Below, one piece after another: positions 26,489 through 37,096 of a stretch of DNA of 37,096 bases. Source of the DNA: Promethearchaeota archaeon (GTDB taxonomy: Archaea > Asgardarchaeota > Lokiarchaeia > Sigyniarchaeales > SOKP01); NCBI GenBank assembly GCA_011364925.1, contig RDOA01000039.1:1-37096 (forward strand), in the 5' to 3' direction. The notes under the pieces are model-generated. The model was not told the DNA's origin. It ran no database searches and worked only from the letters and a program-made list of their open reading frames with translations. The position numbers were made by a program, and so were the translations under genes. Numbering within the stretch: the stretch's first letter is position 1; each line of letters starts with the position of its first letter.

Positions 26489-29089
26489 TTAGTCAAAGAT
26501 TGAGATAACCAAATCTAATTCTTCGTAGTATTCTTTAAGCATGGGTTTCTCGATAAGTTCTTTTTCTTTTTCCTTGTCAATAACTTCAAAATTTTTGATT
26601 CGTATTGTGTTAAATATATCATTTTTAATTTTTTCAATCTGACTAATTAAATCCTTACTTGTAAGTACTACTACTCTACTAATTTCTTGGTTTAACGGTA
26701 TTTGTAGTTTTGATTTACAATTTCTAAGAATTTTGATAATCTCAATTGCCAATTTTCCTCTGATGGCTAACTCATTAGGTATGTTATCAAAAGGAAGAGG
26801 CCATTGTTCTTGATGGATCGATTCTAACTGGATATATTCTGAATAGATAATCGAGTATATTTCTTCTGTAATGAATGGCATCATAAAAGCAAATGTAATT
26901 AAGATTTTATAAAATAAACTTAAAGCAGACTTTAAAGCATTTTGTCTTATTCTTTGGTTTTCGGAATAAAACTTGTACTTTATAGCTTCAATGTAATTAT
27001 CACAAAGATCATTCCAGAAAAAACTACGCAACGACATAAGTGCTTCGTGCCAATTATACTCGTTATTGTAAACGGTAATCTCATCTAGAACTCTGTTAAA
27101 TTCAGAAAAATAGTAATAATCGATTTCGGTTAATTCCTCAGATTTAAGGTTTAAATTAGAGATTTCGATGTTCTTTTGGTTAAGATATAAAAATCTGTAT
27201 GCGTTCCACATTTTTGTTATAAACCGTGATGCTCCGGTTAACTGTTCAAAATTTCTACTATATTTTTTAAAAAACTTATCAGGTGATAGCTTTTCCTTCT
27301 CGATTTCTATATCTTTTTTTGAGATTGGTTGCTTAGTGTGAGTGTTTATCCAAGTAAACTCAAATGGATAATCGTCTCCCAAAGAACCCATAGCTGCCCA
27401 ATGTCTAACGGCGTCTGCTCCAAATTCAGGCATGACTTCGTCTGGAGAAACCACATTTCCATAACTTTTTGACATATGGCGCCCATCAGGGCCGGCAACC
27501 ATACCGTTTATCATAGCTTCGGAAAACGGTGACTTTCCGGTCAAAATTTTACAGCGAAATAATGTATAAAACATCCATGTACGGATAATCTCGTAACCTT
27601 GCGGGCGATGAACCTCTGCTGTTAAATATGCTTTTTTGAAAAATTCATCGTTTTCTAACCACTTAGCCATTGCGAGTGGTGAAATACTAGAATCTATCCA
27701 ACAATCGCAGACATCTTTCTCTCCAATTATACTAGTGCTTCCACATCTTGGGCAGTTTTTAACTGGCGGAGGAAATATAACTGGATCTAAAGGTAAATCT
27801 TCTCTTTTTGGAGGGATAATTTCATTGCATTCCTGACAATACCAAAAGGGAATAGGTGTTCCAAAGACCCGTTGACGGGAAATTACCCAATTCCAATCTA
27901 AACCCTCTGCCCAATCTATTAGTCGTTGCTTGTGCTTTTCAGGATACCATTTCATCGAATTAGCAGATTCAATTATTTCTTGAGTAGAATCCTTAACATT
28001 GATAAACCACTGATAAACCGGTAAATATTCAATAGGGGTTCTACACGATGAGCGTTCGGTATGAATAATAATACTATGTTCGTATTCTTCTATTTTTTCT
28101 AATAATCCCATACTGTCAAGATCGTCTACTATTTTTTCTCGAGCTTCCATAATCGTAAGTCCTTTATATACTGAATTATTGTTCATATGGCCGTTTTCAG
28201 TGAATATTTGAATTTCATCGAGGTTGTATTCTAACTTCCACTTTATATCCATTTCATCTCCATAGGTGCAAACATAGACCACACCTGTGCCGAAATTCAT
28301 ATCAACTCTATCATCCATATACACGCGAACGATTCGGTTAGCAATTGGTAGCTTGACCTCGGCAGCAGAAAGATCGTAATACCTATCATCATTTGGATTT
28401 ATAAGAACAGATACACACGCCTCCATATATTCGGGTCGTGTAGTTGCTATTGTTAAGTATTTGTCTTCCCTCTCGACTATGGGTAATTTGATGTACCAAA
28501 GATTACCTATTTCGTCATTATATCCTACTTCGGCTTTTGCTACTGATGTCTCACAATTAACACAGAAATGAGTTGGAAATTTTTCCCTGTAAAGTAACCC
28601 CTTTTCATAGAATTCCAAAAGGGAGATTTGAACTTTTCGTTTATACTCATCGCTCATTGTACGATAAGTATACCTCCAATCTGTTGAATATCCTAACTCA
28701 TCCAACTGCTTAGTCATGTTGTCGATATTATCGTTGACCCACTCAACGCATTTCGCTAAGAATTCTTCTCGATTGTCTTTTGAAACACCATAATACTTTG
28801 CAACTGCTAGTTCTACTGGAAGTCCGTGACAATCAAAACCCTGTGGGAAATATACATTATCACCTTTCATTCTATGATATCGAGCAACAAAATCGATCCA
28901 TGAATGATTTAAAATGTGTCCCATGTGTAAAGACCCACTTACAAACGGTGGAGGAGTATCAATAGAAAATAATTTCAATTTTGGATCGAAATCAAAATTA
29001 TAAAGTTTAGATTCTTGCCAAAATCTACTCCATTTTTTCTGTATATCCATAAACTTAAATCGTTTAGGGAATTGACTCTCTTGAGACAT
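26489..29089 (-). CDS. valS: Valine--tRNA ligase (archaeal type)
   Basis: IDTPPP.VSGSLHMGH, ATTRPE, WVISRQRVFGTPIP, RPQGYEIIRTW, HMSKS. Confidence 0.95.
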   Translation of the reverse strand: MSQESQFPKRFKFMDIQKKWSRFWQESKLYNFDFDPKLKLFSIDTPPPFVSGSLHMGHILNHSWIDFVARYHRMKGDNVYFPQGFDCHGLPVELAVAKYYGVSKDNREEFLAKCVEWVNDNIDNMTKQLDELGYSTDWRYTYRTMSDEYKRKVQISLLEFYEKGLLYREKFPTHFCVNCETSVAKAEVGYNDEIGNLWYIKLPIVEREDKYLTIATTRPEYMEACVSVLINPNDDRYYDLSAAEVKLPIANRIVRVYMDDRVDMNFGTGVVYVCTYGDEMDIKWKLEYNLDEIQIFTENGHMNNNSVYKGLTIMEAREKIVDDLDSMGLLEKIEEYEHSIIIHTERSSCRTPIEYLPVYQWFINVKDSTQEIIESANSMKWYPEKHKQRLIDWAEGLDWNWVISRQRVFGTPIPFWYCQECNEIIPPKREDLPLDPVIFPPPVKNCPRCGSTSIIGEKDVCDCWIDSSISPLAMAKWLENDEFFKKAYLTAEVHRPQGYEIIRTWMFYTLFRCKILTGKSPFSEAMINGMVAGPDGRHMSKSYGNVVSPDEVMPEFGADAVRHWAAMGSLGDDYPFEFTWINTHTKQPISKKDIEIEKEKLSPDKFFKKYSRNFEQLTGASRFITKMWNAYRFLYLNQKNIEISNLNLKSEELTEIDYYYFSEFNRVLDEITVYNNEYNWHEALMSLRSFFWNDLCDNYIEAIKYKFYSENQRIRQNALKSALSLFYKILITFAFMMPFITEEIYSIIYSEYIQLESIHQEQWPLPFDNIPNELAIRGKLAIEIIKILRNCKSKLQIPLNQEISRVVVLTSKDLISQIEKIKNDIFNTIRIKNFEVIDKEKEKELIEKPMLKEYYEELDLVISIFD

Positions 29090-29125
29090 TTAAATGCTAA
29101 ATTTACAAAATAATTAAAATATTAG

Positions 29126-29197
29126 TGGACCTGACGGGAATTGAACCCGTGACCTCTTACGTGCGAAGCAAGCGATCTGCTACTGATCTACAGGCCC
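29126..29197 (-). tRNA. tRNA-Ala (anticodon CGC), no intron, CCA not encoded
   Basis: Acceptor stem GGGCCTG/CAGGTCC with G3:U70, anticodon arm CTTGC-TTCGCAC-GTAAG, T arm ACGGG-TTCAATT-CCCGT. Confidence 0.95.
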
Positions 29198-29292
29198 ATT
29201 TTTATCACATTTAATATTAAAGAGAAATAACGATAAACTAAAAATTTTTGGGATTTTGATTAAATAAACTATTTTTCATACTTTCAATGGAG

Positions 29293-31671
29293 TTAATATT
29301 GCGTTCGAGCAATAATATCGTCTTGGGCTTGCTTAGATAGTTCTGTAAATAGAACAGAATATCCTGCGATCCTTACTACTAACCCTTGGTATTCTTCGGG
29401 ATTTAGCTGGGCATCGCATAGAGTTTCTTTCCCTATTACATTGAATTGGATGTGAAACCCTCCATTTTCTACGAAATAAGTTCTAATAAGAGGTACGAAT
29501 AACTCCATTTTAAGTGTATTAGGGTGAAATGAAATAATGATTGAGTTCCCGTTTGTCATTAGTTCGTTATCTAACTTTTTAATCGAATTAAGAATAGCTG
29601 TAGGCCCGTTCTTATCCCTCCCATTAGTAGGACCAATTCCATTCGAAAGATATTCTCTTGATTTGCGTCCATCTGCTGTGGCTGCCGTAAAAACTCCTAA
29701 AGCTAAGTGAAATGAAGTAGAATAAATCCCAGGATTGTACTTTCCTCCTCTATAGTTATTTTGCTTAAGAATTTCTTCACAAAAGAGATTAGCAACATCG
29801 CGAGCTATGTAATCGACATAGTCGTCGTCGTTTCCAAACTTAGGGATTTTGTTAATGAAGAATTGCCTCCATTCTTCGCCTTTTTTCCCACTATACGTAC
29901 CCCTATAATTCTTTGAGAGCATTGTAATCATATCTTCGAAAGAAAGTAATTTATCCTCAAAAACAACTTTTTTAATAACTGCAAGACTATCAGCAACAGT
30001 AGCTAAACCTATTAATTGAGTTGTGGTAAAATCGTATTTAGCACCTCCATTTGTGATATCTATACCTTTTTCAAAGCAATCATCTGTAGTCGCTGACAAA
30101 AATGGTTGTGGATTGAGTTCTGCAATCGTTTTTTCCAAGAAATTCATTGTTTCTACCATATTTTTAACAAAATAGCTAAGCTGAGACGAAAATTCCTCCC
30201 ATAGATCAGAGTATGTGGAGATTTGCTTTGAATTCTTAAGACCATATTCCTTGCGAGTAAACATATCTATTCCGTTATTAAGCGTTAATTCTAAAACTTT
30301 TACAATATTCATCTGTGTGGCGTTAGTACATCCGAATGATTTATGGGGATGTACTGGCTCTACGCATCCTATTGGTGCATATTCCCGGGCATCTTCGAGA
30401 GTATAACCAAGGTCAATTAACCCCGGAATCATTACTAAATCATTAAACAAAGCTATACTCGCTCCAGACTTTATAGCTTCTCCGGTCTGAATTACTAAAT
30501 CATCTGGAGTGTTATTATGAACTCGAACCGAAAAAGCAGGTTGAACCGTTTTTAAGTTGTTATAAGCTTCCAAGAGAATATAAGATAATTCGTTAGTAGC
30601 GTCATTACCATCTCTATCTATGCCTCCGATTGTTAGATTTTCAGCAATCGGTGGGCCTTCACCAGCTACAATTCCCTTATGGAGAACATAATTCCATAAA
30701 GTCGATAGTTTCAAGTAGAAGCATTCAATCAGAAATCGAACTTCCTCGTCAGTAATAATACCAACCTTTTTATCCTTAATATAATAAGGGTAGAGCACTT
30801 GATCCAAACGACCGATACTAATTGCAAAACCTCCGTCTTCTAAACCAGAAATAATGTGAGTGAAATAAATTAGTTGAAGCGCTTCTTTAAATGATTCAGG
30901 TGGATTAGAGGAGATTTTAGAACAGATTTCAGATATCTCCAAGAGTTCGTTTTTCCTCGAATTTATTGGTTCGTTTTCTGCCATTTCATTTGCTAAAGTT
31001 GAAAACCGTTGAATAAATCTTTGAACGCCTTCTAAAACGATGATAACTGCATCAAGAAAGTTAAGTTTTTCTCGATCTTTTGAAAAATCGTTTTTCTTAG
31101 CTTTAGCTGTTTGAATCAAACCATTAAATCCCGATTTTAAGACATTTTTGTGTCCAGGAAAAAAATGACCGACTCCATTTGTCATATTAGTGTCTACAAT
31201 ATAGAGCAAATTCAACATAAGGGCTGTTAATTCTGGATTAAGATAAGAATCAAACCTAGACTTAACGGTTTCCTCTTCATTCTTCCAATAAGGGATAATT
31301 TCCTCCCTTAAAACTTTTTTATCCTCCTCAGAGAGTAAAAATCGCTGCACATCACGATTACTATACAATTCTAAATCTTGTTCTATCGTATCAACGCGCA
31401 CTTCAGGATAAAGTGGTGTTCCTATAAACTTGGAACACCGATTTCCTACGATAAATTCGTCATCCCATATTAAAATTGTCATATTATTCAGTAAATGGTA
31501 CATAGCTTTCGCAAATCTGATGTTTTGAGGTTCATTTTTAGTAGTCTTATATGATTCGGTGAAAAGTTTAGCTCTTTCTATACAGAGTTCATGCCGTTTC
31601 GAAATTACTTCTTTTTTCATTCTTAAAATGCGATCTTTATAATCAGACGGAGAAATCTGTTCTACCTGCAT
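29293..31671 (-). CDS. Glycyl radical enzyme (PFL2/glycerol dehydratase-like family)
   Basis: SIGRLDQ.LYPYY, GCVEP Cys loop, C-terminal VRIAGYS glycine-radical motif. Confidence 0.92.
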   Translation of the reverse strand: MQVEQISPSDYKDRILRMKKEVISKRHELCIERAKLFTESYKTTKNEPQNIRFAKAMYHLLNNMTILIWDDEFIVGNRCSKFIGTPLYPEVRVDTIEQDLELYSNRDVQRFLLSEEDKKVLREEIIPYWKNEEETVKSRFDSYLNPELTALMLNLLYIVDTNMTNGVGHFFPGHKNVLKSGFNGLIQTAKAKKNDFSKDREKLNFLDAVIIVLEGVQRFIQRFSTLANEMAENEPINSRKNELLEISEICSKISSNPPESFKEALQLIYFTHIISGLEDGGFAISIGRLDQVLYPYYIKDKKVGIITDEEVRFLIECFYLKLSTLWNYVLHKGIVAGEGPPIAENLTIGGIDRDGNDATNELSYILLEAYNNLKTVQPAFSVRVHNNTPDDLVIQTGEAIKSGASIALFNDLVMIPGLIDLGYTLEDAREYAPIGCVEPVHPHKSFGCTNATQMNIVKVLELTLNNGIDMFTRKEYGLKNSKQISTYSDLWEEFSSQLSYFVKNMVETMNFLEKTIAELNPQPFLSATTDDCFEKGIDITNGGAKYDFTTTQLIGLATVADSLAVIKKVVFEDKLLSFEDMITMLSKNYRGTYSGKKGEEWRQFFINKIPKFGNDDDYVDYIARDVANLFCEEILKQNNYRGGKYNPGIYSTSFHLALGVFTAATADGRKSREYLSNGIGPTNGRDKNGPTAILNSIKKLDNELMTNGNSIIISFHPNTLKMELFVPLIRTYFVENGGFHIQFNVIGKETLCDAQLNPEEYQGLVVRIAGYSVLFTELSKQAQDDIIARTQY

Positions 31672-31779
31672 TAAAAATCAACAAAGATAATATTATTTAT
31701 GACGATTAAACACATTTTATTAAATTTAAATATAATTATAAAACTAAATAAAAGTTGTCCATATTAAATATTAAATCTC

Positions 31780-32622
31780 TTAGTTAAGGATTAAGACTTC
31801 ATCGATTAATCCTCTCTTCTGGGAAATGCTATTTATATTTCGCTTCGCTTTCAAGGTCACAATTCTATAATCTTTATACAAATCTAATATGAACTCAGAA
31901 TAGGAATTATTAAGAATAATATAACAGCCTTTCTTATCAAGTTCTTTAAACACATCAAATAATTTTTTCTGCGATGTTTTATCGAAATTACTTTTAGTAT
32001 AACTTGTAAATAGAGCAGTTTCAGAGAGTGGGTGATAAGGAGGGTCTAGGTATACAAAATCACCTTGTTTAGCAAAGTTTAAACACAGTTCAAAAGAACC
32101 TAAATATATCTCAACATTTCTTAAAGCTCGACTAACTCTTCTTAAATTTACATCGTCACATATCTTTGGGTTTCTATGTCTTCCAAAAGGAACGTTAAAG
32201 AATCCCTTACTATTAACCCGATATAATCCGTTATATCCACTTTTGTTAAGATAAATTGTTCGGGAAGCTTTCTCAACATCAGAAAGTTGTGCAAATCCAT
32301 TACGATCCCGGTCGAGAGCTCGAACTTTATAATAATAATTTTTCTCATATGTGTGTTTTCTTAGAGATTTTATTAAATTCTCCACATCCTCTTTTATAAC
32401 CTTGTAACAATTTATCAAATCAGGATTATTGTCTGATATAATTGAAATTTCTGGTAATAAGTGGAAGAAAATAGCTCCTCCACCAATAAAAGGTTCTATA
32501 TATTTATTATAATTTTTAGGAAAATATTTAGCCATTTGTGGAATTAATTGCCTTTTACCCCCAGCCCATTTTAAGAAAGGATGTGGTAGAATATTTTGTG
32601 TCAATTTTCCTCCTAAGTTCAA
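31780..32622 (-). CDS. Dam-like N6-adenine DNA methyltransferase
   Basis: LKWAGGK, EPFIGGGA, NGLYRVN..G.FNVPFG, YLDPPY. Confidence 0.92.
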   Translation of the reverse strand: MNLGGKLTQNILPHPFLKWAGGKRQLIPQMAKYFPKNYNKYIEPFIGGGAIFFHLLPEISIISDNNPDLINCYKVIKEDVENLIKSLRKHTYEKNYYYKVRALDRDRNGFAQLSDVEKASRTIYLNKSGYNGLYRVNSKGFFNVPFGRHRNPKICDDVNLRRVSRALRNVEIYLGSFELCLNFAKQGDFVYLDPPYHPLSETALFTSYTKSNFDKTSQKKLFDVFKELDKKGCYIILNNSYSEFILDLYKDYRIVTLKAKRNINSISQKRGLIDEVLILN

Positions 32623-32730
32623 AATATTTTTTGTACAGTTTATACTATATAAAAATATAGATTAAAAATTAACAATTACTATAACCATAAATAAATTAAA
32701 TTTAGAATCCTTATTCCAGTCGACTTTAAA

Positions 32731-33672
32731 ATGATAGATAAGCAAAAATTTGAGGAGCTGTTTAACAAACAACTTATCAAGGATATCTCTGAGGAACAAA
32801 TTGATATAGTTCTATCTGGACAATATGGCAAAGCTTTAGAATTACTCAGGGACGCAGAAGCAACAGGATTATTCCCGGCGCTTGTAGGACCACCAGGAGT
32901 TGGAAAAACTATTTTATGTCGTTATTTTGCTAGATTGAGAGCTGAAGAAAACAAAAATAAGAATTTTCATTGGTTAACGATGGACGAATCTATAAAACCT
33001 AGTCACTTTATCGGTAGTTTTGATCCGGCTATAACATTGAAAAAAGGCTTTGTGCTAGAAGCATTCAATCCTGGCCCTCTTTTAAGAGCAATGTTAGAGG
33101 GTGGGACATTTTTAGCGAATGAAATAAATCGAGCAACCGAATACTCTCAGAATACATTATTAGAACCATTAGAAGAAGCATCAATTAGCATACCTCATTT
33201 AGGGAGAATTAGAGCAGATAAAGACTTTTTTTTCATATCTGCGATGAATCCAGAGGAACTTTCAGGCACTCATAGGTTATCTGAGGCATTAAAGGATAGA
33301 ATTAAAGTTTGGATTAAATTATCATATCCCGATAAAGCAACTGAGCTCGATATAATAAGAATTAATCTACCAGAACATTTTATTATTGAAGAATCCGAAT
33401 TGGAGTTGATTTATTCGATTATAAACGAGACAAGGAGAAATAAAATAGACATCGAAGTCCCTGCGTCTATTAGAGCTGGCATAGCGATTGCTAAACTACT
33501 AGCACATAGAAGAATGCTTGAGAAAAAAGCCGATATAAAGGAAGGGACATCCATCCATAAATACCTTTCAGAAATTACCCAAAATGTATTATTAGGAAGT
33601 ATTAAACCTAAACCGGGAATAAAAGTTGAAAACATAATCGATAATATTATCCATAAAACGTTAGGTGCCTAG
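32731..33672 (+). CDS. MoxR-like AAA+ ATPase
   Basis: GPPGVGKT, PGPL..AM..G, ANEINR, AMNP, LSEALKDR. Confidence 0.88.
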   Translation: MIDKQKFEELFNKQLIKDISEEQIDIVLSGQYGKALELLRDAEATGLFPALVGPPGVGKTILCRYFARLRAEENKNKNFHWLTMDESIKPSHFIGSFDPAITLKKGFVLEAFNPGPLLRAMLEGGTFLANEINRATEYSQNTLLEPLEEASISIPHLGRIRADKDFFFISAMNPEELSGTHRLSEALKDRIKVWIKLSYPDKATELDIIRINLPEHFIIEESELELIYSIINETRRNKIDIEVPASIRAGIAIAKLLAHRRMLEKKADIKEGTSIHKYLSEITQNVLLGSIKPKPGIKVENIIDNIIHKTLGA

Positions 33673-33690
33673 GAGGTAAATGGAAGGTTT

Positions 33691-36183
33691 ATGGGGGTTT
33701 TTCCTGAGAATCCTTGTGAATTTGCTGTAGATTTCATTCGTAAAATGCGAAACCATCGAGATATTGTTCAAATTCCCTCCTCTCGTCAAGTCTTATCTAT
33801 TCCTAAATTAATTTTATCGAGATATTATCGTAAAGGCTTAGTCACCCCTAACGATTATATCGAAATAAGCACAGTAACTTCTTTTCCAGACAATCAAGAG
33901 CTAGCAAAAGATATCGCATTTCAGGTATTGTTTCCAAATTATAAGAAGGATTTCATCGAATCCTTTTTTAATGGTAACGATAGCAGTGATACTGAAGAAT
34001 TCTTAGGAGACGATATTCAATCAGAATTGGACAAACTTCAAGAAATGATCGACGAAATTGAGATGACTAAATCTATAGATACCGATAAAATCGAAAAATT
34101 AGAAAAATTTCTTGAAGAGATAAATTCTAGAAGGGAAGAAGACCCATATAAATCAGCACTACATTTCTTTAACGACGATTCAGAACTATATAAAGAAGAG
34201 ATATCATCTTTAGAAGATTTAATTAAGGAAGCTAAGAACAGGCTAGAACAAAAAATTAACTCGCTAAATCCCGAAGATTTAATGGCCAGTTCGAACCTAG
34301 GTCTCAACGATTTGGTTCAACAAAAATCATTAAGAGAATGGGAAAAATTGGCAAGTAAAGCTCTAAACAAAGAAAATATTGCTGAAGATTTATCAAATTT
34401 GATGAGTTCAAATAAATTGGATGATCTTTTAAAATCTATCAGATTTATCAGTGAAACCTCAAATAATAAAAACATAAAGGAACAAATACAAAACATTAAA
34501 AATCAGCTTCAAAACCAACTTCAAAATCTAGATCAACTCTTCAACGCAGCTAAGACTTTGGGTGAAATTCCAAAGTTTGATCAAGATACCATTCTGAATA
34601 AGTCTTTAGAGCAATCTTCATTTGAGCATAATTTTAACCTAGCAGACTCATTAGATCAATATTTTGGAACCAATCTTAGAGAACAATTACTTAATAAACT
34701 TAATCAGCAAATGGCTGGATCAGATATTAAATTATCATTAGAGAGTTTAACAAAAAATGCGTTTGCTAATAAATCCTGGAATGATTTATTTAATCAAGCT
34801 CTTGAAAGTGCTATAGCGGATGCTAATGACCAGAATATACCATTTGAAGCCTTTAAGTCTCTTTCTCATCAGATACAACAATTAATGAATAGTTGCCCAA
34901 ATATGCATTGTTCTCAAAAAATCTCGCAAAAATTACCAGAATTAATTTCAAAAACGCTTGATGTTTGTGAAACAGCTGAACAGTTAAAAAATGCAACAGA
35001 ATTCTTAAGAAAGATTGGTTTAAACCCTGACCCAGAGGATATTAAACGCAACGGGACAAAGTTAAGTATGTCTGAAGAAGAAATATATGAATTGCTTGAA
35101 CCTAACTATCAACTCCTTAAGAAAATGGTAGAAAAGGGCAATGCCAACTTTCAACAAATTAGTAATTTGATGGAACAAATACAAGATCAATTGAATCAAG
35201 AAAGAATTAAAGAACTCTTAGGTAGTGCTTTAGCTAATAACAATAGAGACGCGTTAGGTGCTATTGGACATTACGATTTAAGTGAAGCCTTAAAAGAAGC
35301 TCAGAAAGTTGGTGGAAAAGAAGGTCAGAATAAAGTTATTTCTTGTTTATCTGCTGGAAGCGGCGAAAATCTTCTAAAACAATGGTTTATTCATAGGAAT
35401 GAATTACCAGAGCAAGCAAAAGCAAAAGTAAAAGAAATCGCAAAGAAAATGCTCATCGACTTAGGTATTTATTATTCAAGAGCTCGTTTAGGAAGCGCCA
35501 CCACTGGAACCATTCCTATTAATGTAGTAAGACCTTATACTATAGGAGATGATTTTGAAAACATTGATTTAGAAGAAACAATATTCAATCTTTTAGAAAA
35601 GGGGAAGAAATTAGACCACATTAATTACGATGATTTTTACGTTTACGAGACAGCGAAAGGACTACGGTCATTTTGTTTTGAACTTGACATAAGCGGTTCA
35701 ATGTCGGGTGAGAAACTTGCATATATGGCTATTTGTGTAACGATGTTAGTCTATGGCATGCGAAAAGACGAAATTGGTGTCGCTTTTTTCGAATCTGATA
35801 CACACGTGTTGAAGAATTTATCTGAAAAAGTCGAAATGGAAAAATTTGCTGACGAATTACTTACGGTATCAGCTAGGGGAGGTACCAGACTCCAAAGTGC
35901 GTTAGAATGGGCGAATAAACAGTTTAAAGATAACTCTACCTCTCGTGAGAAATTAAATGTCTTGTTTACTGATGCGGAAATATTTGACATCAAACAAGCG
36001 ATAGAAGAATTACGGAAATTCCGTTCCTTAAGTGTAGATTTCATTTTGGTAACTCCTGAATCTTCTTTCAATTTAAAAGAAGCTGAAAAAATGGTAAAAA
36101 TATCTGGAGGACAACTTTTGACCATTAAAGATTGGAATGAATTTCCAAAATTAATGTCAGAGATTATAAAGTCGAGATTTTAG
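33691..36183 (+). CDS. VWA-domain protein (MoxR partner) with a long helical N-terminal region
   Basis: IDLEETI, MIDAS motif DISGSM, GGT.L..AL, FTD. Confidence 0.85.
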   Translation: MGVFPENPCEFAVDFIRKMRNHRDIVQIPSSRQVLSIPKLILSRYYRKGLVTPNDYIEISTVTSFPDNQELAKDIAFQVLFPNYKKDFIESFFNGNDSSDTEEFLGDDIQSELDKLQEMIDEIEMTKSIDTDKIEKLEKFLEEINSRREEDPYKSALHFFNDDSELYKEEISSLEDLIKEAKNRLEQKINSLNPEDLMASSNLGLNDLVQQKSLREWEKLASKALNKENIAEDLSNLMSSNKLDDLLKSIRFISETSNNKNIKEQIQNIKNQLQNQLQNLDQLFNAAKTLGEIPKFDQDTILNKSLEQSSFEHNFNLADSLDQYFGTNLREQLLNKLNQQMAGSDIKLSLESLTKNAFANKSWNDLFNQALESAIADANDQNIPFEAFKSLSHQIQQLMNSCPNMHCSQKISQKLPELISKTLDVCETAEQLKNATEFLRKIGLNPDPEDIKRNGTKLSMSEEEIYELLEPNYQLLKKMVEKGNANFQQISNLMEQIQDQLNQERIKELLGSALANNNRDALGAIGHYDLSEALKEAQKVGGKEGQNKVISCLSAGSGENLLKQWFIHRNELPEQAKAKVKEIAKKMLIDLGIYYSRARLGSATTGTIPINVVRPYTIGDDFENIDLEETIFNLLEKGKKLDHINYDDFYVYETAKGLRSFCFELDISGSMSGEKLAYMAICVTMLVYGMRKDEIGVAFFESDTHVLKNLSEKVEMEKFADELLTVSARGGTRLQSALEWANKQFKDNSTSREKLNVLFTDAEIFDIKQAIEELRKFRSLSVDFILVTPESSFNLKEAEKMVKISGGQLLTIKDWNEFPKLMSEIIKSRF

Positions 36184-36187
36184 CAAC

Positions 36188-37096
36188 ATGTCTAAAGAAT
36201 TGCTTATTGATAAAATAATAGAGAAATATGGAAAGGAACGGTATAGAAAATCAGTTGAATTTCCGAAAAATAAAGTTAATATAATCTCGTTAAGAGAAGA
36301 ACCAGTAAAGATTAGAGCAATCATTTTAGATAATGACCGCGAATATCATTTAATCATTAATGAAAGTAAAAATGAAATTTTTCATGATTGTCCGACTTTT
36401 TTAATACACAGCGAAATTGATGAGAAGGTTTGTATTCATCTTTTGAACCTCTTATTTACGCTTGATCCAGTAATTTCTTTAAAAATTATAGAAAATCTCA
36501 ATTTATTTAATTTAACATCTGAAGATTTTGGCTCAAAAAAAAAAAGTTCGAATTATCTAAAATTAGCAAATATGTGCATTAATAGTAATAATTGCGTCGA
36601 AGGTTTAAACTATTTAAATAAAGCTATTGTTAATCAGAAAGAATGTGAGCCGATAATTGAACGGTATTTGAAAACAGCGATTGAAAATAATTTATTCATT
36701 GAATTTTTTGAGTTTTTACAATCAGCATATAACAACGAGTTAGGGAATTACTTGCTCAAATACAACCACTACATCGAAAAAGGTATGAAATTATTTTTGA
36801 AATCTGCCTCAAAATACACATTCTTTGAAATATTACGAATAATTGAATTCAGTGATAAATTTTTAGATTTCTATAAATTCCAAAGTGAATCATTTGTTAA
36901 TTCTATAGCAGCAGAATTATTAGAAATGGCTAATTCAAATAATTTTGAAGAGAAATACTTTTCTCTGTATTTCATTAAGAAGAATTACGAGGCTTTAATT
37001 CGACTTAATCCACTTTTCAAAGAAGTAATCACTTCAACAAACTTTTTATCATTTCGAGACGATCTTATTAATTATTTTACAAATGAAATCGAAAAC
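36188..37096 (+). CDS. SWIM-type zinc finger protein, partial (runs off the window end)
   Basis: Open from ATG 36188 to the end: MSKELLIDKIIEKYGKERY...IFHDCPTF...KVCIHLL; 4 nt after the VWA stop. Confidence 0.75.
   Translation, partial: MSKELLIDKIIEKYGKERYRKSVEFPKNKVNIISLREEPVKIRAIILDNDREYHLIINESKNEIFHDCPTFLIHSEIDEKVCIHLLNLLFTLDPVISLKIIENLNLFNLTSEDFGSKKKSSNYLKLANMCINSNNCVEGLNYLNKAIVNQKECEPIIERYLKTAIENNLFIEFFEFLQSAYNNELGNYLLKYNHYIEKGMKLFLKSASKYTFFEILRIIEFSDKFLDFYKFQSESFVNSIAAELLEMANSNNFEEKYFSLYFIKKNYEALIRLNPLFKEVITSTNFLSFRDDLINYFTNEIEN

Noticed and set aside
31780-32622. Restriction-modification system
   Set aside because: No neighbouring endonuclease gene; treated as an orphan methylase.

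Overview
AT-rich archaeal chromosomal window. Rpl15e, Rpp30/Pop5, DUF2095, an Orc1/Cdc6-like gene and a longin/uDENN-like protein suggest Asgard archaea, probably Lokiarchaeia (inference). Core genes are RNase P subunits, rpl15e, smc-scpA-scpB, valS and tRNA-Ala(CGC). Other genes include a glycyl-radical enzyme, an orphan Dam-like methylase and a MoxR-VWA-SWIM operon. The main result lies in the ~8 kb block between rpl15e and rpp30, below the ORF-track size limit. Four diverged mini-gene units there each consist of a conserved TATA promoter, a Shine-Dalgarno, a 9-codon ORF, a conserved stem-loop and a U-rich terminator. The ORFs encode MPGQGSINP, MPGENGICP, MPGDNGTLP and MPGEPGTNP, and they lie directly downstream of two paralogous DUF885-like metallopeptidase genes: a candidate micropeptide/peptidase system. 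Also found: a C/D-box sRNA predicted to guide 23S Gm2251, a long SMC with no recognisable hinge, a kleisin with an N-terminal SAP/HeH-like motif, and two genes that appear to need non-canonical start codons.
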